Source: Amoebidium appalachense
Taxonomy: Eukaryota > Protista > Ichthyosporea
NCBI GenBank assembly: GCA_963693365.1
Contig: CAVNZM010000015.1
Location: 6,039,507 to 6,103,506, forward strand
Direction of reading: 5' to 3'
DNA length: 64,000 nt
The notes below the pieces were generated by a model. That model did no database searches, was not told the DNA's origin, and saw only the letters and a list, made by a program, of their open reading frames with translations. The position numbers and the translations under genes are program-made. Positions 19,614 to 32,008 of this stretch are shown here, in pieces (the first letter of the stretch is position 1; each line of letters opens with the position of its first letter).

Positions 19614-20419
19614 CAGAATATACAACAATAGTGCACGAGTTGGCATATGCATTTCGCACGCACGTGCACAGCACGATTCTTCATTAGTTGCACATCTTTG
19701 GTTTACACAGGTTGCACGAGCACATAGCATACATAGGTACGTACGATCGTTTATTTGTGCTTTATCTCCCTTTATTTCATAAGCATGTCCGGCATGCTCT
19801 TGTTTGCCCTCTGTTATTCATTAGGCACGTGTGGTATTCATAGTTTGTTTAGCTATTGGCGATAGCGAGAGGAAAGCACGCATCCGACGATTGTTGTGCA
19901 TGCTTTTCATGTTTTCTGTGTAGTCGGGTGTTTTGTCTGCGATTGGACCGTATGAGGGGAATGCAGTTTGATTTCCGTTCATGTACGTGTCGTTATATGA
20001 TTGGTCAGATTTATAGTATTCATAGTATTTGCCAATCAGATGCGCAAATACCTTTGGATAGATCTGTATTCATGGAATCTGCCTGCGGCAGATAAATAGG
20101 TGAGAATCGAGCATAATAAATTAGACGTAGATTGACAGAACATGCAACTGTGTTTCTACCTCTCCACACTACCCTCTCTGTTAGTGCTGTGGCATCGTGC
20201 ATTGCCCAGCACCACTCTGCACGTGTTTATGTCTGTTAGTTTAGTGGCCTGATCACCCACGTATACTCTCATTCATATGCATGTGTGCCCAGGTACGTGT
20301 TAGTTGTAGTGTGTACACTCTGCTAGTCAGGCGAGAATAGTAGGGGCTTTTGCCGTAAGTCAGCACTTTTCTTGCAGGTTATAGGCCATAGCACGCTAGT
20401 ACCACTGCTTTTGGCGAAA

Positions 20420-23400
20420 ATGAAGTTTGACGACGCTAAACTTCCGAAACCACCGACGCTGACAGGTAGCGAAAATTATGTCAGATTCCGGAGATTGTTC
20501 GCCGATTATTTCAAAGCACGGGGCCTCGCAGATTGCTTGACAACTCGACCTCCTGCCTATGTTTACTCCGAATCCGGCTCTGCACACGCCCGTGGGAGCC
20601 CAGGGATCGGAACCGTTAGGACCAGGCTTGATTTCTCTTCTACTACCACCCCGGTACAGCGCCCGACTACGGCCAGTGGGCGTAGCCAGGGTCGTAGCAA
20701 CACTACAGCACCCGACGGCAACGAGCAAGGCATCGCCGCCGATGAACAGCTGGACGAGAATGCAGAGGTGGAAACCGACGGCGTTTCTTTGTCCGCGCAG
20801 GCAGACGAGTGCCAGCGCCAGGCGCAGGCGCGCTATCTTCTCCTTACGAACGTGAGCAAGGAAATCCAGGACTCGGTGCAGGACCTGGAAACCGCGTTTG
20901 ACATATGGCACGACCTCGAGAGCACCTACGGGCACGTGAGTGAGCAAGTGCAGGCAGCAATGCTCTCCGAGTGGTACGACCTTGCCAACACAATTGACCG
21001 GAGAACCACAATTACGGCTCTGTTTGGCACGGTGCGGGCTTTGGCTTCCCGCCTGGCTGATGCCGGTGTTCCTCAGCCCCCTCACCTCATCCGTTTGAAG
21101 GTGCTTGAATGCTTACCGCCGCAATTTGCCGAGCTCAAGACATCATTGTTTGTGGTGCGCAACACTTTGACGCTCGAAGAGCTTAAGCACGATCTGCTAG
21201 CTTTCGAGGTGACCATGAACAAGACCAAGCGCCGCAACCACAAACCCGATCCTCCCAACCCACCCAAGCCCACTGCTATGACTGCGCAGATCAGTGCCCG
21301 CGACAAGTCAACAAAGCCCTCGGACGGGGGCAGGAAGGTTGCACCGCGTGGGGCTGGTGCCAACAACCGCAATTCTGGGAACTGCGGCGACCGGCGCCCC
21401 ACTAAAACCAACAACAACGACCGTGAGTATTGTCGCAAGCACGGCCTGTGTTTCTCCTGCAAGCAGCCTGGGCATTTCCAGCCCATGTGCCCCCGGCGCC
21501 TTGAGACACTCCGTGCCAACCTGGCTGCAGCTGAGGCTCTTGCTGGTGGCGACAGTTCTGACCACGAGGGTACACTGCTCATGGCCGTTGCCACTGCTAC
21601 TGCCCTACCTGCCTCCCGTGCACGTGCGGATGCCTGGACGTGGGATGGGGCCGCCTCCTGCCACATGTCTTCCTTCAAGGGGGATTTTGTGTCGCTGACC
21701 CCCATGGTTCCACCTGCCCGCGTGCGCGTTGGTGGCGGTGTGATTGAGGCTACGGCTAGTGGTATTGTCCGTGTGGATGCCTGGCACAACGGCAAACAAC
21801 ACAGGCTGCTTCTACAGACCTGGTATGTGCCGAAATTGGGCGCCCGTTTGTTTTCTGCCCCAATGGCCGCTCGCAGCGAAAAGGGTGAACACCAGTCTCG
21901 GGTGGGAAAGGATGCGGTGACTGTTTATACCCCAGCCGGTGAAGTCTTCTTCCAGTGCCCCATTGACCCGGGCTCTAACATTTACCTCTGCCCGTTTTCC
22001 GCCCCAGGAGCACCCCCACCCACCACTGTGTCGGCCTTAACCGCGCGCCACACGGCCACCCCAGCACCAGCTATTGCCCCGGTCCTCTCCCCTTCCCCTG
22101 TTCCCCTCCCTGCACCCGCTGCTATGCAGGAGGAGGAGAAGGAGGACACCGTACCTGCCGGTTTTTGCAGCGATAATGAGGACAGTGGGTATGAAACAGA
22201 CACCACGATGGTTATTAGTGGCCCCGCTCGCACCACCACCGCCACCTCCGCGGAGCCACCCACAGCCGAAAGTGGTGCCCCAACATCACAGGCCCCTTCG
22301 GCAGTGCCCACACAGCACCCATGGTCACCCTACAAGAATGCTGGGGCAGCCACCTACGAGGTGTGGCACCGCCGTTTAGGCCACATCAATTCGGGCTATC
22401 TGCTGCGCATGTCGAAAGGTGGTATGGTCGACGGGCTACAACTCACCAGCAGCATTCCCCGGTCTGACACCCAACAACTGTGTGAGGGGTGCATTTTGGG
22501 CAAGGCCAAGGACCAGCCGTATCCTACCACCGGACGCACGCGCGCTACGGCCCCGCTCGGCATTGTGCATGTTGACCTGGGGGGTCCTTACCCCGAATCC
22601 GTTGATCACAAGTTCTACGTCATGTGTGCGCAGTGTGATGCCACCGACATGTGCTTTGTGTGGTGCCTGAACAACAAGGCCGAGGCTGGGGACATCCTCA
22701 AGGCTTTCACCGTGCAGATGGAGCGCCAACACAACTACCGAGTTGGCATTTTTCGCCACGATGGGGGGGAACTCACCGCCAAGCATTTTCGCAGTTTTTG
22801 CGAACAGCTGGGGATTGTGCAGCAACAGACCGCACCATATCAACACGGCCAGAATGGTAAGGCAGAGTGGCTGGTCGGCTTCATCGTGAAGATGGCGCGC
22901 ACCCTAATGGCCAGCGTACCCGGGTTTCCGCGCCACCACTGGCCTTCCGCCGTCCAGACAGCCACCTACGTGTCCAATATGACCCCACACAAGGCCACGT
23001 TTGACAAAACTCCGTTTGAGGCATTTTATGGCATCAAGCCCAACGTCTCCCACCTACGAGTCTTTGGTTGCCTGGCCTACCCCACTATCCCAGCCGAGAA
23101 ACGTAGCAACAAATTGGCCCCACGCGCCGAACGCGGCATTTTGATTGGCTACGGCAGCGACGGGGGGGTGCAGGTGAAGGGATACCGCATATTGCTGGCC
23201 ACCGAAAAGGGCTTTGGGAAGGTCGTGGTGAGGAGGAGTGTGGTGTTCGACGAGGGTATGACCCTGCACAAGGGCACCCCGACCCCCTTCAGCCCCACTA
23301 CACCCACCAGCGTGTCGCACGATTCGCTGACTCCGGCAGCCAATCAGATCGAGCCACCAGTACGCCAGCCACCCGTTGATTCTGCCACAGCGGGCGAAGC

Positions 23401-25357
23401 TGTACCACACACACCACCGTGCACACCGGCTACCCAGGCAACCACACAGGAGGAGACTGCACCAGTTGCAAGTGCACAGCAACGGGCTACTTCCCCTGCG
23501 ACAGCACCAACCAATCGGCGCGTGCGGATTGGGGGGGAGGTTGTGCCTACCCACCACCAGCCACCTAGGACCCGTAGTGGCCGTGTGTTCAACTCTAGTG
23601 AGCACGTGGGTGGTGGACGCATGCGCGACAACAGCAAGGTGCTAGCCATGACGGCAGCAGCCAGTGCTCTGGCCAGCACCACCACCAGCGGCAGCAACAG
23701 TGATGGCACCGGCATGACCGAGCCCATCTACTATGTAGCCGACGTGCCCATACCAAATTCGCTGAGGGAGGCACGTGCGTCATCTTTTGCACCACAGTGG
23801 GAGGAGGCCATGCATGCAGAGCTAGAAAAGCTGGACAAGTACGGCACCTACTCACTAGTAGACCCCCCGCCAGGCTGCAAGCCAATCAAAGTGCGATGGG
23901 TGTATGACGTCAAGACCAACGCCAACAACGCAGTTATCCGCTTCCGGGCCCGCCTAGTGGCTAAGGGATACACCCAGAGGCCGGGTCTGGACTACCCCGA
24001 GACCTTCTGCTCCACCGCCAACCCCGCCACAACACGCTACATCATCGCGCTTGCTGCTGAGCTCGGCCATCACCTATGCTACTTCGATGTGGACAGCGCA
24101 TTCCTCAACGCGCCACTGCAGGAGGAGATCTACATGTGCCAGCCTGAGGGTTTCGTCATACCAGGCAAGGAGGGAATGGTGTGCATTTTGCACAAGGCCA
24201 TCTACGGGCTCAAGCAGGCAGCACACGAGTGGATGGAGACTTTTGCTGCCGGCCTGCGCACCATTGGCTGGGTGCGCACCGAGGCCGACCCCTCCCTCTT
24301 CACCCGCGGGCCAGACAGCCCGGGCACCAACAAGCAGCTTATGGTGGTGCACATTGACGACATGGTGTGCAAGGTAACTACCGAGGAGGATGGCAACTTG
24401 CTGGAGCAGGAGCTCTCGGGCATCTTCCACATCAAGAAGGGTGGCAGCAGTTTTGTGGGGGTGGAGATCAACAAACTGAGCACTGGCGCCATCAAGATCC
24501 ATCAAGCCCCCTACGCACAACAGGTGCTCGAGCGCTACGGCATGGCTGACTGCAAGCCTGTGGACACACCCATGACACTGGATAAGCTCAGCAAGACCCA
24601 GTGCCCAGCAACCCGGGAGGAGGTGGCAGCAATGGCTACCGATGCAGCTGTGTACCAGGCCATTGTCGGCAGCCTGATGTATCTGGCCGTGTGGACCCGC
24701 CCGGACATTGCCGCCCCTGTGAGCGTGCTTGCGCGATTTCTCAGCAACCCCGGGCAGGACCACCTTGCCGCCGCCAAACGTGTGCTGCACTACATCAAGG
24801 GCACCATTGACCACGGCATCACCTACCGCCGGTCCACCAGCGCGGACACCAAGGGGCAGGTTGTTTGTTACGTGGATGCTGATTGGGCGGGAAACCCAGA
24901 CAACCGCCGCTCAACGACAGGTGTGGTGTTTCTTGCTGCTAGGGGTGCCATTTTGTGGGCATCCAAGCTGCAGACCGTGGTGGCAGACAGCACCGCAGAG
25001 GCCGAGTATGTGAGCGCAGCCCGTGCTACCAAGGAGGCCCTGTGGTTGCGCAAACTGACTACCGCCTGCGGCTTCCCTCCTATTAGCCCCACCATCCTGC
25101 ACGAGGACAACCAGGCCTGCATCAAGATAGCCAAGAACCCCGAGTTGTTCAACCGCACGAAGCATATCGACATCAAGTACCACCTCACTCGCCACCACGT
25201 CCGTCGCGGCGACATTTGCTTTGTGTACGTGCCGACCAATGAGCAGGCGGCAGACATGCTCACCAAAGCACTCGGGGGTGCAGCTCTCAACAACTGCAAG
25301 AAGATGGTGGGCATGGACACGTGCGACAAGTCATCGCGCAAGGTGAAGAAGAAGTGA
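20420..25357 (+). CDS. Copia gag-pol polyprotein (gag, zinc knuckle, protease, integrase, RT, RNase H), uninterrupted, about 1645 aa
   Basis: CFSCKQPGHFQPMC, WDGAASCHMS, WHRRLGH, VHVDLGGP, RHDGGE, RARLVAKGY, HIDDM, YVDADWAG, RTKHIDIKYH, ADMLTKAL. Confidence 0.96.
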   Translation: MKFDDAKLPKPPTLTGSENYVRFRRLFADYFKARGLADCLTTRPPAYVYSESGSAHARGSPGIGTVRTRLDFSSTTTPVQRPTTASGRSQGRSNTTAPDGNEQGIAADEQLDENAEVETDGVSLSAQADECQRQAQARYLLLTNVSKEIQDSVQDLETAFDIWHDLESTYGHVSEQVQAAMLSEWYDLANTIDRRTTITALFGTVRALASRLADAGVPQPPHLIRLKVLECLPPQFAELKTSLFVVRNTLTLEELKHDLLAFEVTMNKTKRRNHKPDPPNPPKPTAMTAQISARDKSTKPSDGGRKVAPRGAGANNRNSGNCGDRRPTKTNNNDREYCRKHGLCFSCKQPGHFQPMCPRRLETLRANLAAAEALAGGDSSDHEGTLLMAVATATALPASRARADAWTWDGAASCHMSSFKGDFVSLTPMVPPARVRVGGGVIEATASGIVRVDAWHNGKQHRLLLQTWYVPKLGARLFSAPMAARSEKGEHQSRVGKDAVTVYTPAGEVFFQCPIDPGSNIYLCPFSAPGAPPPTTVSALTARHTATPAPAIAPVLSPSPVPLPAPAAMQEEEKEDTVPAGFCSDNEDSGYETDTTMVISGPARTTTATSAEPPTAESGAPTSQAPSAVPTQHPWSPYKNAGAATYEVWHRRLGHINSGYLLRMSKGGMVDGLQLTSSIPRSDTQQLCEGCILGKAKDQPYPTTGRTRATAPLGIVHVDLGGPYPESVDHKFYVMCAQCDATDMCFVWCLNNKAEAGDILKAFTVQMERQHNYRVGIFRHDGGELTAKHFRSFCEQLGIVQQQTAPYQHGQNGKAEWLVGFIVKMARTLMASVPGFPRHHWPSAVQTATYVSNMTPHKATFDKTPFEAFYGIKPNVSHLRVFGCLAYPTIPAEKRSNKLAPRAERGILIGYGSDGGVQVKGYRILLATEKGFGKVVVRRSVVFDEGMTLHKGTPTPFSPTTPTSVSHDSLTPAANQIEPPVRQPPVDSATAGEAVPHTPPCTPATQATTQEETAPVASAQQRATSPATAPTNRRVRIGGEVVPTHHQPPRTRSGRVFNSSEHVGGGRMRDNSKVLAMTAAASALASTTTSGSNSDGTGMTEPIYYVADVPIPNSLREARASSFAPQWEEAMHAELEKLDKYGTYSLVDPPPGCKPIKVRWVYDVKTNANNAVIRFRARLVAKGYTQRPGLDYPETFCSTANPATTRYIIALAAELGHHLCYFDVDSAFLNAPLQEEIYMCQPEGFVIPGKEGMVCILHKAIYGLKQAAHEWMETFAAGLRTIGWVRTEADPSLFTRGPDSPGTNKQLMVVHIDDMVCKVTTEEDGNLLEQELSGIFHIKKGGSSFVGVEINKLSTGAIKIHQAPYAQQVLERYGMADCKPVDTPMTLDKLSKTQCPATREEVAAMATDAAVYQAIVGSLMYLAVWTRPDIAAPVSVLARFLSNPGQDHLAAAKRVLHYIKGTIDHGITYRRSTSADTKGQVVCYVDADWAGNPDNRRSTTGVVFLAARGAILWASKLQTVVADSTAEAEYVSAARATKEALWLRKLTTACGFPPISPTILHEDNQACIKIAKNPELFNRTKHIDIKYHLTRHHVRRGDICFVYVPTNEQAADMLTKALGGAALNNCKKMVGMDTCDKSSRKVKKK

Positions 25358-28300
25358 GCGAATATTTGTGGCTATGCAACAAGGGGTGCGAGTGATTGTG
25401 TTTTCATTAATATTTATTCGCTAATTTCTATTGGTGCACATTTATTCGCTAAAATTTGTATTGCAGTATTTCGTGCCCTAATGTTGTAAGGGGTGTGCCA
25501 GAATATACAACAATAGTGCACGAGTTGGCATATGCATTTCGCACGCACGTGCACAGCACGATTCTTCATTAGTTGCACATCTTTGGTTTACACAGGTTGC
25601 ACGAGCACATAGCATACATAGTTAGGTACGATCGTTTATTTGTGCTTTATCTCCCTTTATTTCATAAGCATGTCCGGCATGCTCTTGTTTGCCCTCTGTT
25701 ATTCATTAGGCACGTGTGGTATTCATAGTTTGTTTAGCTATTGGCGATAGCGAGAGGAAAGCACGCATCCGACGATTGTTGTGCATGCTTTTCATGTTTT
25801 CTGTGTAGTCGGGTGTTTTGTCTGCGATTGGACCGTATGAGGGGAATGCAGTTTGATTTCCGTTCATGTACGTGTCGTTATATGATTGGTCAGATTTATA
25901 GTATTCATAGTATTTGCCAATCAGATGCGCAAATACCTTTGGATAGATCTGTATTCATGGAATCTGCCTGCGGCAGATAAATAGGTGAGAATCGAGCATA
26001 ATAAATTAGACGTAGATTGACAGAACATGCAACTGTGTTTCTACCTCTCCACACTACCCTCTCTGTTAGTGCTGTGGCATCGTGCATTGCCCAGCACCAC
26101 TCTGCACGTGTTTATGTCTGTTAGTTTAGTGGCCTGATCACCCACATATACTCTCATTCATATGCATGTGTGCCCAGGTACGTGTTAGTTGTAGTGTGTA
26201 CACTCTGCTAGTCAGGCGAGAATAGTAGGGGCTTTTGCCGTAAGTCAGCATTTTTCTTGCAGGGCAGGGCAGCTAGAGTGACGTTGACACCTCGGGCCTG
26301 TACATCCGTCTTAGAGGTTGGCAGGTGGAGGGTGGCATGGGACAAAGTACCGGTGGGGGTGTAGCTGAAGGTCACGTCCTTCCGTTTAACGTGACGGGAC
26401 GGGTCGAAAGAAGTCAGGGTCTTGGAGGTAAATTCCCCCGAACGGAAGAGACCACAGAAACCGACGATGAGGGCCGTCCATAGCCGGAGATTGGCCGAGG
26501 AGGCCTTGATGGGGCACTGGCCATGGAGTAGGCTGAGGTGGGAGGGCAGGAGGGGTTCCGAGTCCCTGGTGGATGAGCGGGGTCGGATGTTGTGAGAAAG
26601 CTGCCATTTGCCCACCCCACGTACTAGAACCAGGCCAGAGACTTGTCGTGGGGGTAGGGAGCAGGGAGGCCCATGTCGAGGTGGAGCCTGGTGATGGCCG
26701 AATTGTAGCCGGTCAAGGAGGAGGCCTGTACCCCTCGTTGGGCACACCAGGCGAGAAAAAGTTGCACGGTGTGTGGGGAGGCCGGGAGGGAGGACCCGGA
26801 GGAGGATTGCAGCCGAGATGCCACACAGAAATCGATGAACACTTTTTGCACCTGGGAGTAAAAGGCCCGAGAGTCGAGGTTGAGACTCAGGGCCTGGCAT
26901 TCCTGCAGGGTAGTGGTGGCTCGAAGCAGCTCGGCCGGAACAAAGTGGGGGGCCAATCTGCCAGCGTTGCTCCGGAACGGGAGATCTGGGGGGGGGGGGG
27001 GGGGGGTTAGCCCAGGGGAAGGGATAGGAACTCGTGGACCCAGGAGGGGAAGGGGCAGGGTTCCGGTTGCAGGGAAGGTCGGAGTCGTCGAGCCCGGGGA
27101 AGTTGGTTACGAGAAATGGCATCGGCAAGATGGTTGAGGGGTCCTGGTAGGTAGGATGCCTGTAACGTAAATTGGTATTGCATTTCCATGCGTTTGATGA
27201 ACCGAATAAGTTTGGCCATCACGGGGTGGGGGGAAGACCGGGAGTGCAGGTCAGACACAGCACCCGTGTTGTCGCATAAAATACGGACATGGTGGGTGGA
27301 CCAGGAGGGGGCCCAGAGGGCCACGGCGGCTGCGATGGTGGCCAGGAGTTCGATGACGGAAGAACCGAGTTTACCCTCATGAGCATAGAGGGCTTGGGTG
27401 GAGGGGGACCAGGGCATGAAAAACCATTGGTCGAGCCAGTGGCCTCCTAGACCCACCGATCCGGCAGCATCGGTGGCCAGGGTGGTGTATGTGGGGTGTG
27501 TGATGAGGTGCACCCCATTCCATGATGTGAGGAACTCGTGCCATTCGGCTATGTCGGCCCGGGCGGCAGCAGTCAGCCATATGTGGTGGTGGCCGGCAAG
27601 GTGTGGGTGGGTCCGGAGAAGGGCCCATAGGCGCTGGGAGAAGGCCCTCCCGGGGGGAACCAGCTGGGCACACCAGGTGAGTTTGCCGAGGAGGGATTGG
27701 AGGTCCCGAATGGTGATGGTGGGCTTTGGGTGGGAAGTGAGGTCGAGTAGGTCCGAGAGCTTGGAAGCCGGGATTCGTGCCTCCATGGCGATGGAGTCGA
27801 ATTCGATACCGATGAAGACAATACGGGTAGCTGTTGGAGTACACTGGTACTCCCGGCTAGCAATGTCTGTTAGAGAAAGTTTTTGAGCAATTGAATAATT
27901 GTTTCAACACTCACTCGAGTGCATAGAGCTTTTGTTTACGGTCATATTCATATATGGTAGTTATATGTTTGAGCCAAAACTGTACCAATGACGAGCTTCA
28001 CTAGCAACGTGCTAATTGTGCTCATTAATTAATATTCCCGGTTCAGATGATGTCATGTCTATATTTGCCACAGGATTCTATTCTTAGAGTGGTAGTGTGC
28101 TTTATTCCCGGATATTCTCAGAATATTTTTAGTTGTGTGAAGTAAGATTTACGTTTAACTGCAATTGGTGTGAAAAACACGTTTATTTGTGTGCTTTAGT
28201 GCAAGTTAACTAGCCACTCAACGTGCACAGTTAACTTTTATATCTTTAACAATTTGTTTTCATTGTGCTCTCTTTTCGGCCGTGCTGTACATGGCCCACC

Positions 28301-31300
28301 ACCAGGGTGCACACGAGGCCACCATGAGGTGGCCAACGACTATATAAAGCAGTGCCTCCCATGTCACAAACATGGGAAGCAGAACGTTTGATTTACACTT
28401 TTCTACTGTCGTTTTCAGTGCACAAAACACATAGACAAGTTACCCATCATACACGACACTATGTCTGACAACTTACAGTTGCAGCAACTAGTCCAACTAC
28501 TGGAGCAGAGGCTGGCCTCACAAGATGCAATCATTTCTGACTTACAGAAGGAACAACGTGCACTAGAACTAGCTTCTATGAACACGATGTCCAACAGGGT
28601 TATGGGCCCCTCACGTAATGATTCCATCAAGTTCAAGGTCGACATCCCTCTCTTCACTGGCATTGATAATGATTCAGGCACGGACTACCACACATGGGCC
28701 GAAACCATGTATGTCCAGCTTTCTGGTGCTGGTCTTCTCCACACCATCGCGCCCAGTACGGAGCACCCGGCTACCCGTGAACAGGTCGACACTGCCCGTT
28801 CCTACCTGTGGCAAGCACTCTCGGTTGACGTGCGTTGTATCCTAGGGTTAACACGCACCACCACACCTGCGGAGATATGGTCGGCCCTATCTGCCCACTA
28901 CCTGGAGCAATCTGAGGCCAATCAGTACGACCTTATCGGGCTGTACATGAATTCTACGCCTGAACCTACGGACACCGCGACGAAATACGCCATGAAGCTC
29001 CGCGGCTACGTGCGGCGCCTGGCCGATTACGGCACACAAATTGGTGATGCTCAAGTGCTGACCAAGCTCACCAACGACCTCGGCAAGGTGCCTTACTACG
29101 AAATGCCTGTCATTGCCTACAAGATGACACCCAAGCCTACCGTAATGGGCCTCCTCCAACAGCTACGGGCATATGAGACCAGCCACCCACGTGCACGTGT
29201 GACTACCAGCTCCGGGCCGGCCGCCTTCACCACACGGGCTCCTCAACCTGTCATCTGCCACGGCTGCGGCAAACCAGGCCCATCAAGTCTCAGTGCCCCA
29301 ACGGCAACGGCCAACACAGCAACTCTGGCAACAACCGTGCCAGCACCTACCCCAAGGGTTCCTGCGTCAACCACCCACTGTCTACCAGTCACACTACCGC
29401 CATGTGCAAGGGGGGTAACCGTGCCAACGGCCGCAAACCTAAGGGTGGTCCCCTCCCGCCTGGGTCCTGCATCAACCACCCTGCCTCTACTACCCACACT
29501 ACGGCACAGTGCAAGGGGGGGGCTGCCGCTCCCCGGGCTTTCCTCATGTCTAGCAACGACTGTGGCACCAACAAGGTGCTCCTCGACTCTGGAGTCACTG
29601 ACCATGTGTGCCCCCGGCCCGATGTGTTCGTCAACATGCGTGCGGCGCCTTACTCCACGGTCCAAGTAGCCGACAAGGGTGCATGTGCAGTGCTTGGGGT
29701 GGGCGACGTGTTCTTTTCCAGCACCATCGACGGCGTTACTGCGGTGCATCAGCTGACGGATGTACTCTACGTGCCCTCCATCCCCGACACTCTCATCAGT
29801 GTGTTCACGGCATCTACCAACGGCGTTTTACCCCGCTTTGACGCCCGCGGCGGCGTTAAGTTGTGCTACGGCGATCAAATTCTGGCCACCGGCTCGGCTG
29901 TCGGCACCAAGCTGTACCACATGGCGGTGTCTCTTCTGCGCGCGGACACAACCCCGGACGCCCAAACCACCACTGCTCCGCGTATCCTCAAGGTTACTGC
30001 CGACCTCAACACGTGGCACTACCGTCTGGGCCATGCTGGCATTGACGCTGTACGCTCGGTCATCAAGTCTGCAGGCCTGTTGGTGGGTGGCGGTGCCAAG
30101 TCTCCGGGTGTGTGTAAGCCCTGTGCCCTCGGCAAAGCCCACCGTGTTGCCTTCTCCGAATCAACCAGCCAAGCTCCCCGGGTCCTAGCCAAGGTTCACA
30201 GCGACATCAGCGGCCCCTTCCCTCCCACGATCGGTGGTTCTCAGTACTTGGCGACGTTCCACGACGACTTCACCGGCCACACCACGGCCGTGCCCCTCGT
30301 CAAGAAGTCGGACACACTGGCTGCATATGTGACGTACCACAAGGCGGCGGTTACCCAACACGGTGTTCCCATGCAGGTGTTTCAGTCCGACGGGGGGGGC
30401 GAGTACATGGGCACGGCCTTCGGGGACTACAACCGTGAGCACGGCATTCGCCATCAGATCACTACCACCGGCTCTCCTCAACAGAATGGGACTGCCGAAC
30501 GACTGAACCGGACCCTCCTCGACATGGTTCGGGCACTCCTGCAGCAGTCCGGCCTTCCGGTGGGATTCTGGGCCGAGGCAGCTGTGACCGCGGCTTTTAT
30601 ACGCAACATGCTCCCGTCGCGAGCCACCGGCAGCCAATCGTCTCCCGCCCTGCTGTGGACCGGCATTCCTCCCGACTACAGCCGGCTCCGTGTCTGGGGC
30701 TCTCCCTGCTACGTCCATCAACAGGATACAACGAAACTGGCGCCTCGTGCCGTCAAGGGCATCTTCGTGGGCTACCCTCCTAACATCAAGGGCTACAAGG
30801 TCTGGATTCCAGCAGCACACAAGATGACCGTCAGCCGTGACGTGCAGTTCGACGAGGCTGCTATTCTGCACCCCCTCCGTGATGTCCCATCTGATTGGTC
30901 GACCGCACCGGCAATTCATCATTTTTTGGAGTCATCTGATTCGTCAAATCAGCCAGCCAATCACATCGTCCGGAATGATCAGCAATCTGATTCGTCTCGT
31001 CTGTCAGCCAATGGGACAGCGCCGAGTGATCAATTGGACATTCCGATCCTGCCCGAGCCTGCACATCGGCTCCCCCGGATGACCCGTAGTGGCGCTGTGT
31101 ACAACGACCAACGTCGAGGCCCGACTGCCAACGTGGCTGCTGCTACGGCCCCCCTTGCCTCCCAGGCTACGGCTCCTGCATCAACACCCATCAAGGCTTC
31201 CACCATTGTTGTCCCCAAGACTGTCCGGGCTGCACTCAAGAGTCCCCAGCGTCTGAAATGGGAGGAGGCTGCACACCGTGAGCTCAAGGCCCTGGAAGAC

Positions 31301-31935
31301 AACGGCACCTTCACCCTTGTGCCCCGTCCAGAGGATGGCTCCACTGTCATTCCGGTCGGCTGGGTCTTTACGGTCAAGCAGGACAACGTCGGCAGCGTCA
31401 CTGCTTTCAAGGCCCGGCTTGTGGCCCGGGGCAACTACCAGCAGCCTGGCCAGGACTATTTCGTCACCGAGTCACCTGTGGCTGCGCTGGCTACCATCCG
31501 GCTGGTTTTGGCTACCTCCGTGGCCCAAGGTCTGCCTCTGCGCCACATCGACGTCAACACAGCATTCCTCAACGGCACCGTCAACGAGACCATCTACATT
31601 GAGCAGCCCCCTGGCTTCGTCAATCCCTCGGCCCCCCATGCTGTCGGCTTGCTCCACAAGGCGCTCTACGGCCTAAAACAGGCACCGCGCCAGTGGTATG
31701 AGGCCCTCCGTGACCATCTCCTCGACCAAGGCTTCATTGTGAGTGCTGCTGACCCGTGCCTGTTCATCAAGAATGCCGGGACCCCAACGTTTATTGCCTT
31801 TTGGATTTTGTCCTGGTGCAGAGACTAGCGATCTTGCTAGCCTTGAGATCACAACCTAACCACTGCCGATGGTTGTGATGACGCCAGTAAAGGCGTGCTG
31901 GCTTTTACCCCAGCGAGAAGAGGATGAGAAAAAGA

Positions 31936-32008
31936 TGATCCCGACGGGATTTGAACCCGCGACCCCTCTATCTCCGGTCGAGTGCTCTACCAACTGAGCT
32001 ACGAGATC
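31936..32008 (-). tRNA. tRNA-like unit in TRIM 3' LTR (pseudo-tRNA, GGA)
   Basis: Same 73-nt cloverleaf as 19398-19470. Confidence 0.75.

Larger units (their letters stand above)
19309..26261 (+). mobile_element. Ty1/Copia LTR retrotransposon A, full length
   Basis: TSD GGGCA (19304-19308 / 26262-26266); 5' LTR 19309-20376 (with a ~300-bp insert), 3' LTR 25496-26261, few mismatches; PBS GGTTATAGGCC at 20377; PPT AAGGGG before 25496. Confidence 0.96.
18959..26956 (-). pseudogene. Tyrosine recombinase of Ngaro copy 1 (26956-26262 plus 19308-18959), split by a Copia insertion and frameshifted
   Basis: RSGE, SKTD, HSLRIGGAT, GRWSSD..LIY; near-identical to 39829-40860. Confidence 0.9.

Noticed and set aside
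29270-29410. Programmed gag-pol frameshift in Copia B
   Set aside because: The shift falls inside the zinc knuckle and the element has other lesions; mutation or sequencing error is more likely
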